Virus record (IMG/VR): IMGVR_UViG_3300003886_000002
DNA from: a virus
Length of the DNA stretch: 64,000 nt
Direction: 5' to 3' (one strand)
Positions within the stretch are counted from its first letter, which is position 1. Each line of letters begins with the position of its first letter. The notes beneath the pieces were generated by a model. The model made no database searches, was not told the origin of the DNA, and was given only the letters and a program-made list of their open reading frames with translations. A program made the translations under genes and the position numbers. Shown here piece after piece: positions 9,074-17,250 of this stretch.

Positions 9074-10255
9074 TCAAGTCCCCTTGTAGTTGAGGACGGC
9101 CTCTAGGGTATGGACAACATCAACCAGGTCAGATTGGGCGTCCATAACAGTCGCAATGTCCTTGTACGCCCCAGGGTGCTCATCTACCAGTTTGGCAGCC
9201 CGCCCGCGGTCCCACGAACGACCCCCCATGGCGGCAGTCAAACTATCTGCATCAAACATCTTTTTCGCTTGCCTGCGCGACATTTTCCGGCCCGCCCCAT
9301 GGCTACATGAGTGATAGGCAGCATCATTGCCTAAACCACGGACAACATATGTAGATGTGCCCATCGACCCTGGGATGACCCCAAGATCCCCCGACCGTGC
9401 ACGGATAGCCCCTTTACGCGTTAACCAGACAGACTTTCCGTGATGCTGTTCCCGGACCGTATAGTTGTGGTGGCAATTGATTCGGCTCTCCTGCAAACCC
9501 ACGCTGACCCCAAGTTCTTCTGCAATGCACCCCAGCACTGCGTCCATCATCTCTTCACGACTCAACAGGGCATAATCCTGTGCCCACAGCATGTCAGATA
9601 TGTAAGCATCGAACTCTAAAGAGCCCTCCACAAGGTATGCAAGATCAGGGTTAGGGATGCTGATGAACCACTCCTGCATCAGATGCTTAGCACGATCAAT
9701 ATGGAAACGAGCCAACTGATTCCCAATTCCGCGGCTACCCGAATGCAAAACTACCCAAACTCCGCCACCCTCGTCTATGCAAACCTCTACGAAATGGTTG
9801 CCTGAGCCGAGTGACCCGAACTGATCGAATACCTTACATGTCTGCCTGTCGTCGAACTCTGTGAACGAATTCGTCTCAGTCCAAAACTTGTGGAACCGTG
9901 TCGACGGCGCTTTCCCGTCATGACCCTTCCCAACCCCCGCGGGGATACTCTGCTCAATCCTTGAGTGAAGCCCCCCAAGGTCATCGGGAAGTTCATCGCC
10001 GCTAATGTTTAGCTTTGCTGCACACATTCCACATCCGATGTCCACCCCGATAGCCGCTGGGATGATTGCCCCACGGGTAGGGATAACTGACCCGATAGTG
10101 GACCCAAGCCCAAAGTGTGCGTCAGGCATCAAAGCTATGTGCCCCTGTACGAACGGCATCAGGGCTGTCTGTGCAGCTTGGGCACATGTGTTATGGTCGA
10201 TGCCCTCAACCCCCCAGGCGAGGACACCTTCTGCTGCCTTCGTTGGTTTTGACAT
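9074..10255 (-). CDS. rtcB: RtcB RNA ligase
   Basis: MPDAHFG, GVDIGCGM, GSGNHF, HSGSRG, HHNY, SCSHGAGR, DEHPGAYK. Confidence 0.97.
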   Translation of the reverse strand: MSKPTKAAEGVLAWGVEGIDHNTCAQAAQTALMPFVQGHIALMPDAHFGLGSTIGSVIPTRGAIIPAAIGVDIGCGMCAAKLNISGDELPDDLGGLHSRIEQSIPAGVGKGHDGKAPSTRFHKFWTETNSFTEFDDRQTCKVFDQFGSLGSGNHFVEVCIDEGGGVWVVLHSGSRGIGNQLARFHIDRAKHLMQEWFISIPNPDLAYLVEGSLEFDAYISDMLWAQDYALLSREEMMDAVLGCIAEELGVSVGLQESRINCHHNYTVREQHHGKSVWLTRKGAIRARSGDLGVIPGSMGTSTYVVRGLGNDAAYHSCSHGAGRKMSRRQAKKMFDADSLTAAMGGRSWDRGRAAKLVDEHPGAYKDIATVMDAQSDLVDVVHTLEAVLNYKGT

Positions 10256-10293
10256 GGCAGCAACCTACCACGTAGACATGACGCTACAGTCCA

Positions 10294-11061
10294 TCAGGAC
10301 CTTAGTCGTGCAATCTCTTCATCTAGCGCATCAGTATCCAAAATCTTCCAAGCCAAAGACCCCGTTTTCGAGTGATTCAAACCAAGGATAGATGTGTCCC
10401 CTCGCTTGCCAACTAGCCGATGGTGATAGTGGGCATGGACTGCAAGCCTAGGGTTAAGTTCATCTACTACCCCATCCAAGGCGTGACGATTAGCCATCGA
10501 CTGATGCTCTAGATTGTACGACAGATTGAACTGTCGCAATATTGCAGACAGATCACTGTAATTAGGGGAATCGTGCGTCAGCAGGACATCGACACCGCCG
10601 CCCCCGTTGCGTAAAGCACGCTCTACGTCCCCATAAGTGATTGTCTCCTGAGGCCACCACGAGATGAATGGGATACGGTGGCTGACGTCAACAGAGAACG
10701 CCCCCCCTAGAGACATGAAGCGCACCCCACCCCACTCCCACACTAAGCCGCGTGGGAGATAAGTAATGTGGCTATGCAACTGCACCATAGAAGGAGCATC
10801 CACCTTCGCCCCCAAGAATTCCATTACCTCAAAATTCTCATGGTTCCCATCCAACCAGTAAAGAGGCATATCTGCCTCAGAAAACCACCTGTTAAGGTTC
10901 CCCAAAGTCCTGTTGACATCTTCCTGGTTACACGACCATATAAACCCGAAGTCCCCCAGTTGCACCACTGCGTCAGCACGGACCCTCTTCGCGTAACGAA
11001 TTACCTTTGATTGCATCCACGCGAAGTCGCCGTGTGTGTCCCCAAGTAGCAACAATCTCAT
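10294..11061 (-). CDS. calcineurin-like metallophosphoesterase
   Basis: GDTHG, QLGDFG, DGNHEN, LTHDSP, HAHYH. Confidence 0.9.
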   Translation of the reverse strand: MRLLLLGDTHGDFAWMQSKVIRYAKRVRADAVVQLGDFGFIWSCNQEDVNRTLGNLNRWFSEADMPLYWLDGNHENFEVMEFLGAKVDAPSMVQLHSHITYLPRGLVWEWGGVRFMSLGGAFSVDVSHRIPFISWWPQETITYGDVERALRNGGGGVDVLLTHDSPNYSDLSAILRQFNLSYNLEHQSMANRHALDGVVDELNPRLAVHAHYHHRLVGKRGDTSILGLNHSKTGSLAWKILDTDALDEEIARLRS

Positions 11062-11093
11062 GGCAGACACATTATCATACAGGGTGGACAAGA

Positions 11094-11657
11094 CTAAATG
11101 TGTTGGAACAGCAGACCTGTATAGGCGCCAGTGCTTACCACTAGTGGCTGTCCAGGCAGCAGTGCCTGCTCTGCGATTGCAGCCACATCATCCACATCCA
11201 AACCCACTTGGAAAGTGTTGCGCTTCGCTGACGAAATCCACCCGTCGCCATAGCATTCCCACCGTCCACGTAACGCAGCAGATGCAACGTCCCCCCTGGT
11301 GCGCACAGCCACAAATACGTCACCCCCAAGATACGCAGACTCTCTCAAAACCCCCACCCTCTCTATGGGTGACGCGATCACATTGAGAACATAGACACAG
11401 GCAACAAGATCGAACCGCTGTATAGAACACTGTCCGTACCCATAAGACCCGTATGGATCGAAGCCCTCTGACTCAAACCCATTATCCCTATAGAACTCTA
11501 CATCTGTGCCGCGCCCGCATCCGTAATCCAGAACAGATCCCCAATGCTGCCCGCCACACAACCCCAGCAGATCGCGCGCAGGACGCGACGGCGTTCGCCT
11601 AGCAATAGCAGTTAAATGTGATGCTGCCCCAGGGAAACTACGCTCACCGGATCTCAT
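11094..11657 (-). CDS. class I SAM-dependent methyltransferase
   Basis: VLDYGCGRG, FDLVACVYVLNVI. Confidence 0.8.
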   Translation of the reverse strand: MRSGERSFPGAASHLTAIARRTPSRPARDLLGLCGGQHWGSVLDYGCGRGTDVEFYRDNGFESEGFDPYGSYGYGQCSIQRFDLVACVYVLNVIASPIERVGVLRESAYLGGDVFVAVRTRGDVASAALRGRWECYGDGWISSAKRNTFQVGLDVDDVAAIAEQALLPGQPLVVSTGAYTGLLFQHI

Positions 11658-12372
11658 CGATCAAACCGAATCGGAGTGCGTCATCAGATGACAGCCACCA
11701 ATCCTTGCGACGCCACCTATTCTTTAGCTTCGCCTTAGAAAGGTTAGACCGCTCAGCAAAGATGTCCAAGATTCTTTCCTGAACCATCTTAACCCACTCA
11801 ACAATATCCTCCACCTCCCCGATTTTCCCTGATGTACCAAAACTCGCCTCATGTATCATGAGCCAAGATTCTGCCCCCATGACACGGTGGTCTCCTGCCT
11901 GTAGTAAAATGCCTGCCATCGACGCGGCATACCCAATGGATGATGTAGTCACATTGAATCCGGCAGAACGCATTGCCTGTATGCAGTCAAAGAGGGCCAT
12001 CCCCGGGACGATAGTACCGCCCGGCGAATTGAATTGGACTTCAATAGGGTTTCCCTCAGGGCTCTCAATAGTGCGACGCCACTTTGTAAGCTGCTCAATA
12101 CACTTATTCACTGATCCAGATTCCACTGCACCAGTAAAGGCATAGAACAAGTGGTGTTCATCGTCGGCAAGTTCTCTACGTCGCTTATGGCGCTCCCGAT
12201 CAAGCACAATCTGAGCTGTCTGAATGTCTATCCTGGCTTCCTCCGACTCAAGATCTACCCTAACCCGTTCAGCGTTAAACTTTGCTGCCTCCGCGTCGAG
12301 ACAACCTGCTGCGGCTTTACGCCTAGATTTCTCAACGTCTATAAGCTCAGCAGGAATGTGTTCTTCCTCCAT
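11644..12372 (-). CDS. clpP: ClpP-family protease with N-terminal coiled coil
   Basis: FNSPGG, GYAASMAG, LMIHE, DWWLSSDDALRFGLIDEI. Confidence 0.9.
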   Translation of the reverse strand: MEEEHIPAELIDVEKSRRKAAAGCLDAEAAKFNAERVRVDLESEEARIDIQTAQIVLDRERHKRRRELADDEHHLFYAFTGAVESGSVNKCIEQLTKWRRTIESPEGNPIEVQFNSPGGTIVPGMALFDCIQAMRSAGFNVTTSSIGYAASMAGILLQAGDHRVMGAESWLMIHEASFGTSGKIGEVEDIVEWVKMVQERILDIFAERSNLSKAKLKNRWRRKDWWLSSDDALRFGLIDEIR

Positions 12373-12457
12373 ACACGCTCCTTCCCTTACACGACTATAT
12401 CAAAGTGGGCATCGACTAAAATCCGTGGCACCTTTACCGCACATACCTTGAGGGGTC

Positions 12458-12531
12458 GGAGCCTCCGGGGAGAATCGAACTCACCGCTTCCATCGTACCA
12501 AGATGGCGTGCCACCACAACACTTCAGAGGC
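12458..12531 (-). tRNA. tRNA-Thr(GGT)
   Basis: CCATC-TTGGTAC-GATGG. Confidence 0.85.
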
Positions 12532-12532
12532 T

Positions 12533-12603
12533 TGGAGCCGTACCGGGGAGTCGGACCCCGCCTTGTCAGGTACAAACCGACAGTCCTGCCACCAGGGCAC
12601 GGC
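12533..12603 (-). tRNA. tRNA-Thr(TGT), atypical D arm
   Basis: TGTCGG-TTTGTAC-CTGACA, CCA; no 8/9 linker. Confidence 0.75.
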
Positions 12604-12604
12604 T

Positions 12605-12679
12605 TGGAGCACCCACTCCGACTTGAACGGAGTTCCGTCGCTTACGAGGCGACTGCATCACCATCAATGCTTTAGGTGC
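12605..12679 (-). tRNA. tRNA-Thr(CGT)
   Basis: GTCGC-CTCGTAA-GCGAC, CCA. Confidence 0.9.
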
Positions 12680-12691
12680 ATATCTCCTTCG

Positions 12692-12763
12692 TGCGCAGAG
12701 GAGGAATCGAACCCCAAAGGCGGTGGAATAAGCACCGCTGTGGCAACCAACCACACTCCACGC
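12692..12763 (-). tRNA. tRNA-Ile(TAT)
   Basis: GCGGTG-CTTATTC-CACCGC, GTTCGATTC. Confidence 0.7.
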
Positions 12764-12776
12764 ATATCATTGCCTG

Positions 12777-12847
12777 TAGCGCCGGAGGGAATCGGACCCT
12801 CATCGCCCGAATATGAGTCGAGCACTCTACCATTGAGCTACGGCGCA
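12777..12847 (-). tRNA. tRNA-Met/Ile2(CAT)
   Basis: CTCGA-CTCATAT-TCGGG; T1:T72 mismatch. Confidence 0.8.
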
Positions 12848-12890
12848 GCGCAGATACCGTACCTGCTGAGGTACAGGTCGATCATATCAG

Positions 12891-12963
12891 TTGCCAGCCA
12901 GAGACTCGAACTCTGCACGGCCGCGATATCAGCACGGCACCATCACCCGATGGTCCACTGGCA
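12891..12963 (-). tRNA. tRNA-Ile(GAT)
   Basis: CCGTG-CTGATAT-CGCGG. Confidence 0.85.
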
Positions 12964-12970
12964 CTGGTTG

Positions 12971-13045
12971 AGCACCGGGTGAGATTTGAACTCACGACTA
13001 TACGGATTTGCAGTCCGTTCCTTTGGGCCGCTCAGGCACCGGTGC
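12971..13045 (-). tRNA. tRNA-Cys(GCA)
   Basis: ACGGA-CTGCAAA-TCCGT, U73. Confidence 0.9.
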
Positions 13046-13058
13046 TTACTTCGTTACG

Positions 13059-13131
13059 TACCCGAAGAGGGATTCGAACCCCCGTCACCTCGGTGTAAAC
13101 GAGGAGCTAGGCCAGACTCAGCTATTCGGGC
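13059..13131 (-). tRNA. tRNA-Val(TAC)
   Basis: CCTCG-TTTACAC-CGAGG. Confidence 0.9.
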
Positions 13132-13138
13132 TCGTTAT

Positions 13139-13213
13139 TGGTGGCCCCCGTGGGATTCGAACCCACCTCTCTTGCTCTTCAAACAAACGCTAATCCACCT
13201 CAGCTAGAGGGCC
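13139..13213 (-). tRNA. tRNA-Phe(GAA)
   Basis: TTTGT-TTGAAGA-GCAAG, CCA. Confidence 0.85.
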
Positions 13214-13253
13214 ATGGGCATCAGCCTTTAGGCATCTGCGATCTACTCCCGTA

Positions 13254-13328
13254 TGGAGCGAGTGCGGAGAGTCGAACTCCGTTTTCCGACTTGGAAGGAC
13301 GGCGCATCACCACCAATGCTTCACTCGC
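13254..13328 (-). tRNA. tRNA-Gly(TCC)
   Basis: CCGTC-CTTCCAA-GTCGG, GCG/CGC-T-CCA. Confidence 0.9.
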
Positions 13329-13394
13329 TAGATCTCTTTTGTTGTCAAGTGAAAGGCCCCTGTGAGAACCAGGGCACATTCTGTGCTGTTTCCG

Positions 13395-13467
13395 TGGAGC
13401 ATCGGGGCTTTGATCCCCGCACCTCCTGTTTGCAAAACAGGTGCTCTTCCAAATGAGCTAATGCCCC
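13395..13467 (-). tRNA. tRNA-Ala(TGC)
   Basis: CCTGT-TTTGCAA-ACAGG, G3:U70. Confidence 0.9.
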
Positions 13468-13545
13468 ATGGGGTGGGGACGGTTGCATTCAGCAGAACGC
13501 CTACTAACCGTCCCCACCCACCCAGCCCATCGCCTCTGGCAAGGT

Positions 13546-13620
13546 TGGGGGCGGGAGGGAGAATCGAACTCCCGGAACCTGGCTTATGAGGCCAAGTGGG
13601 CTACCAGCAGCCTTCCCGCA
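13546..13620 (-). tRNA. tRNA-Met(CAT), possibly initiator-like
   Basis: TTGGC-CTCATAA-GCCAG; 1:72 mismatch; CCA. Confidence 0.8.
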
Positions 13621-13638
13621 CGATCCTGGAACCTGAGG

Positions 13639-13731
13639 TCAGTCTATGCAGACTGTGCCTGTCCCTAAGGCGCCACCACGCGTAAACGTGGCAGCGGTGA
13701 TGATTCGTGCCGCTCGCTGTACTGTTCTCAT
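13639..13731 (-). CDS. leader peptide of tRNA operon B (Met/Ala/Gly/Phe/Val/Cys/Ile/Thr)
   Basis: GAGGAGG RBS; MRTVQRAARIITAATFTRGGALGTGTVCID. Confidence 0.8.
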   Translation of the reverse strand: MRTVQRAARIITAATFTRGGALGTGTVCID

Positions 13732-13769
13732 TGCGTTGGGCCTCCTCTCAGGTCCAGACCTGTGAAAGC

Positions 13770-13797
13770 ATCATAGCATAGATGCATGCCAGGTCAA
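13770..13797 (-). promoter_or_regulatory. promoter of tRNA operon B
   Basis: TTGACC-N16-TATGAT with extended TGn -10. Confidence 0.75.
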
Positions 13798-13804
13798 CCC
13801 CATA

Positions 13805-14488
13805 CTAGATGTTGTTACCTAAACGAATATCAACCAATAAGTCGTTGACCGCCCCCACGTTGGGGACTTCTGGCAAAAGGGAGTCAATGTTGCCTAGGCG
13901 GTCCAACAACTCCATAATCATTTGTTCGTAGTGCCCCACATTTGATACAGCAAGTTCCCCAGCCTCGAAACATGCATCTGCCTCTTCAGGCTCCAAACGC
14001 ACCTTTAACTGCCCCTCACGGAGAATATGCGCCCCCTGGATGGCCAACCGGTAACAGTGACGGCCGTGCTTCTCCGTTCGTTTCCTGAGATCCGATGAGA
14101 AGTCCCCACGCTGTTTAAGCCGATTCAGTTGCTGAAAGGCATACCCACCGTAGGTGTTACGGACCCGCTGTGACAAGAACAGGCTACGTGCATCGATAAG
14201 AACGTCTCCAATCTGTGTTCTAAGCACATATTCTGGGAGCCACAACAACTCGCTTATCGTTGGGTTAGCAGCCAAGGCAAGACGGCAGAACTTCCCCAAC
14301 TCGTGTATCGTACGATCCGGGGATCTCTGAACATAAGACTGATCCGTTTTGGATGCACCATTCAAACCCAAGACAGCATCTAGGGGTTCTACATAGATCC
14401 CAAGGAAATCTTGGTCACTATATGGGGTCGCGAGCCCATATGCACGAGACCCTACCATCCCCTCTAAAACAACATTGTGCCCACTCAT
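13805..14488 (-). CDS. Pol-beta-family nucleotidyltransferase (YcgL/RlaP-like)
   Basis: VGSRAYGLATPYSDQDFLGIY, ELGKFCRLALAANPTISELLW. Confidence 0.85.
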   Translation of the reverse strand: MSGHNVVLEGMVGSRAYGLATPYSDQDFLGIYVEPLDAVLGLNGASKTDQSYVQRSPDRTIHELGKFCRLALAANPTISELLWLPEYVLRTQIGDVLIDARSLFLSQRVRNTYGGYAFQQLNRLKQRGDFSSDLRKRTEKHGRHCYRLAIQGAHILREGQLKVRLEPEEADACFEAGELAVSNVGHYEQMIMELLDRLGNIDSLLPEVPNVGAVNDLLVDIRLGNNI

Positions 14489-14519
14489 CCGCCAAACCTA
14501 CCATACAGACATGACGCAT

Positions 14520-14654
14520 CTAAGCAGGCTGAGGGACAGGTTCCCTTACAGGTGGGGTTGTGGGCTGCGGTGATGGTTCCACACGCGCAGGCTCACGAAT
14601 AGGGGCGGGAACCACCAGGGGTTCTTCCCGTGTTGGCTGACCGATCTTACCCAT
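14520..14654 (-). CDS. 44-aa Pro-rich peptide (not in ORF track)
   Basis: MGKIGQPTREEPLVVPAPIREPARVEPSPQPTTPPVREPVPQPA, overlaps upstream stop, GGAG RBS. Confidence 0.6.
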   Translation of the reverse strand: MGKIGQPTREEPLVVPAPIREPARVEPSPQPTTPPVREPVPQPA

Positions 14655-15459
14655 TATCAATCTCCTCTAATTCATTTAGATACTGTAACATCTGTTTCCG
14701 CCGCAGCAAATGCATCCGTGCAGTTACCAGTAATAGGACTAGGATGACCAAGTTCCATACTGCTGGCAGCCAATCTGCTTTTCCGAGTAGAGACGATAAC
14801 CTTGACCAAGATTCCCAAGATAAACCGATGAATAGAATTCCCCACATCAAATCAAGACGGGTATCCCCACGGACTACCTTGATAGCGTCGCTTAAATCGT
14901 CACCAGATAGGTTCACCAAAGGGATATAAGAGTCACGTACCATCCGGGTGTGCTGCAACAGAGCCTCGCGTTCTGTTATAGGCGCTTCCTGGACAGGAAC
15001 CCCATAGGTTTTCCCCAAACGTTCGTGTCGTGTCAGTTTGATAGGACGATCCCTAAAGAATGCAAGACTCCTAATCTGCGCGTGCTGTGCACGATACCCC
15101 TTATCGTGTTCAAACACATTCCCGAACAACAATATCTGCCCGAACACGAGCCCATTCTCAAATGTCGCCGGGTCGAAATCTGCGAAGATGTCTGCAATGT
15201 CCTTATACCCATAGATCCCACACCCGTAAATGCCCTGTTTGCACTCTCTAGATGGAGATGCATGATCTGAATATGGGTCGGTCCCAGAGATTGCCACACA
15301 TTTTGCAGTCAGATACGTGGTATTCGGCCACACTGTGTTATTCATCGACAACAATACAGGAACATCCGCGTCATCAAACACACCCCACACCCGCCACGCA
15401 ACAATAGGCTCTGCCACGTCAGGGGTGAGGGCGTCGTCAAGGATAATCCCGATTGCCAT
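14647..15459 (-). CDS. hypothetical protein with C-terminal TM helices; paralog of next gene
   Basis: EPIVAWRVW, GCGIYGY, GNVFEHDKGYRAQHA. Confidence 0.75.
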   Translation of the reverse strand: MAIGIILDDALTPDVAEPIVAWRVWGVFDDADVPVLLSMNNTVWPNTTYLTAKCVAISGTDPYSDHASPSRECKQGIYGCGIYGYKDIADIFADFDPATFENGLVFGQILLFGNVFEHDKGYRAQHAQIRSLAFFRDRPIKLTRHERLGKTYGVPVQEAPITEREALLQHTRMVRDSYIPLVNLSGDDLSDAIKVVRGDTRLDLMWGILFIGLSWESWSRLSSLLGKADWLPAVWNLVILVLLLVTARMHLLRRKQMLQYLNELEEIDNG

Positions 15460-15494
15460 AGGGGAGATGCTAACAGGTGGGCATGACCGATGTT

Positions 15495-16115
15495 TCAGAG
15501 ATCTCTGATCGGGTCGGCTGTGTGAGAAGAATCTATCTTGTTTCCCCCTGGTTCGAGCACACGTGTGGTCGCGTTCCACTGTCCTCGTTCCCAAACCTTA
15601 CGTGCATCATGGATTAGCCCAACGCCATAAGCTTTAGAGAGTGCCCGCGCTACCTCTTCTACGCGCGACCCCAGTGTCCAAGCAAAAGCAGAAGGGTACG
15701 CATACTGTGCACGGAAACCGTACTCGTGTTCATAGACGTTCCCCCACATTAAGACCTCACCCCAAATCCTACCCCTCAAGTGCATGGGGTCGTTGTTCAT
15801 TGCGGCCATAGGCGGATCTCTGTAGGCATAAATGCCACAACCAAACCCATAGTGTGCACGCGAATCAGGTGATGGGCATTCCCCACAGTCTTTACCCTGC
15901 GTGCGACTGTCGATTGACGGGATGAGGCTATTTGCGCATACAGCGACAACATCTTTACCCGGCTCCCATATTTCTATATCAAGTTTCGACGACACACGTA
16001 CAGAAGGGGAAACATGGCTGTCCTGTAAACCTTTTACGTTCCAACCCCTATAGCCGACAATCGGCTCAATGACGTCAGGGATCAGAAAATCTAGTGGCTC
16101 TTCACCGAAGTCCAT
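15495..16115 (-). CDS. hypothetical protein; paralog of previous gene
   Basis: EPIVGYRGW, GCGIYAY, GNVYEHEYGFRAQYA; start trimmed to exclude tRNAs. Confidence 0.75.
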   Translation of the reverse strand: MDFGEEPLDFLIPDVIEPIVGYRGWNVKGLQDSHVSPSVRVSSKLDIEIWEPGKDVVAVCANSLIPSIDSRTQGKDCGECPSPDSRAHYGFGCGIYAYRDPPMAAMNNDPMHLRGRIWGEVLMWGNVYEHEYGFRAQYAYPSAFAWTLGSRVEEVARALSKAYGVGLIHDARKVWERGQWNATTRVLEPGGNKIDSSHTADPIRDL

Positions 16116-16170
16116 GTGGGACAGGTTACCTGATGGGGATGACACCACTGCCAATCTGATCCTATCTAAG

Positions 16171-16241
16171 TGCCCCGCCGGGGAGTCGAACCCGCGAACG
16201 GTAGAGGTAGAAACCCCACCTGAGCTTCCGGCTCGCGAGGC
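16171..16241 (-). tRNA. tRNA-Arg(TCT), atypical
   Basis: GGTGGGG-TTTCTAC-CTCTACC; no 8/9 linker. Confidence 0.75.
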
Positions 16242-16242
16242 G

Positions 16243-16314
16243 TGGCGCCCTTGGCGGGAGTCGAACCCGCTCGCCGCGTGTAGGAGACGCGTGTCTGGGT
16301 CCACCAGCAAGGGC
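16243..16314 (-). tRNA. tRNA-Arg(CCT), atypical
   Basis: CGCGT-CTCCTAC-ACGCG, CCA. Confidence 0.8.
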
Positions 16315-16318
16315 ATTG

Positions 16319-16392
16319 TCGGGCACCCGAGATTCGAACTCGGACTACCGGCCCCCCAGGCCGGGGTGCAACCAAACCGACACTCGTGCCCG
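16319..16392 (-). tRNA. tRNA-Pro(GGG)
   Basis: CCGGC-CTGGGGG-GCCGG. Confidence 0.85.
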
Positions 16393-16394
16393 CG

Positions 16395-16463
16395 CACCCA
16401 GGGTGAGACTCGAACTCACTAAACGTGGCTTCGGATGCCGCGTCCCATTCCTTTGGCCTGGGT
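16395..16463 (-). tRNA. tRNA-Arg(CCG), atypical
   Basis: ACGCGGC-ATCCGAA-GCCACGT. Confidence 0.75.
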
Positions 16464-16587
16464 AAATCGTCACCGTATCCCCTTTCAACCAAGTGTTTGC
16501 AGCAAACCCCTACAGTCTACCTGCACCCATATGTGTTGGCTTCCCCCACCACGGTAGAGACTAGTTTATCCTTGTGTGGCGAAGTTG

Positions 16588-16656
16588 CACCCCCGGCGCG
16601 AATCGAACGCGCTCGCCAGGATTCGTAGTCCTAGGTCCCTATCCATGGGCGGGGGT
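16588..16656 (-). tRNA. tRNA-Arg(ACG), atypical
   Basis: CTAGGA-CTACGAA-TCCTGG. Confidence 0.8.
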
Positions 16657-16743
16657 ATTGTTACCTACCCTGTCTTCTGTGTTCCGTGTTCTGGTATACC
16701 CGAACAGTGTAACCTATTCCATTCTTTAACATTCTTGTTTATG

Positions 16744-16821
16744 TGGCAGGGTCGTGAGGAGTCGAACCCCATCGTGTATCAGCAGGTTTGGAAGCTGCCC
16801 GGCAACCGTCGCCTCGACCCC
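16744..16821 (-). tRNA. tRNA-Trp(CCA)
   Basis: GCAGC-TTCCAAA-CCTGC, G73 CCA. Confidence 0.75.
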
Positions 16822-16837
16822 AGGTTGTAAATCTCAG

Positions 16838-16910
16838 TACCCCCAACGGGATTTGAACCCGTGTTACCTACGTGAAAGGCAGGCGTCCTGGGCCGCTAGA
16901 CGATGGGGGC
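16838..16910 (-). tRNA. tRNA-Glu(TTC)
   Basis: Canonical; CCTGC-CTTTCAC-GTAGG. Confidence 0.95.
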
Positions 16911-16927
16911 TTGTTCTGTGTGTTCCG

Positions 16928-17000
16928 CGGTCCTGCGGGGAGTCGAACCCCGATCTTCGCCTCGACAGGGCGTTATAATGAGCCGTTATACGACAGGACC
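16928..17000 (-). tRNA. tRNA-Asp(GTC)
   Basis: CGCC-CTGTCGA-GGCG. Confidence 0.9.
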
Positions 17001-17004
17001 TCAG

Positions 17005-17076
17005 TACCCCGTAGGAGAATCGAACTCCTGTTTCTGCCATGAGAAAGCAGTGTCCTAGCCACTAAACGAACGGGGC
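17005..17076 (-). tRNA. tRNA-Glu(CTC)
   Basis: CTGCT-TTCTCAT-GGCAG. Confidence 0.9.
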
Positions 17077-17111
17077 AGGTAGTGACAGCAAGGGCATCCC
17101 GCCCCCGTCAC

Positions 17112-17207
17112 TCAGATATCTCGTCTGCGCCTGGGCTCAGAATCAACGCGCGGCGAACGGGGCCATCGTGGCTCAACCTGTTCTACGGGTACCTCTCGCG
17201 TTTCCAT
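17112..17207 (-). CDS. leader peptide of tRNA operon C (Glu/Asp/Trp/Arg/Pro)
   Basis: METREVPVEQVEPRWPRSPRVDSEPRRRRDI; ATG 9 nt after TATAGT. Confidence 0.8.
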   Translation of the reverse strand: METREVPVEQVEPRWPRSPRVDSEPRRRRDI

Positions 17208-17216
17208 AGCAAAGCC

Positions 17217-17244
17217 ACTATAACAGGTAGCCATGACATGTCAA
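17217..17244 (-). promoter_or_regulatory. promoter of tRNA operon C
   Basis: TTGACA-N16-TATAGT. Confidence 0.8.
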
Positions 17245-17250
17245 GGCAGC

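Noticed and set aside
12387-13668. ORF-track entries over the tRNA clusters (also 6068-8070, 16069-16978 and 22025-22537)
   Set aside because: They overlap tRNA genes and have no protein motifs.
13627-13756. Y-RNA/tRNA-mimic ncRNA (closing stem ending CCA)
   Set aside because: No TTC T-loop and no Ro60 gene in the window; the RBS plus codon-matched ORF explains the region better.
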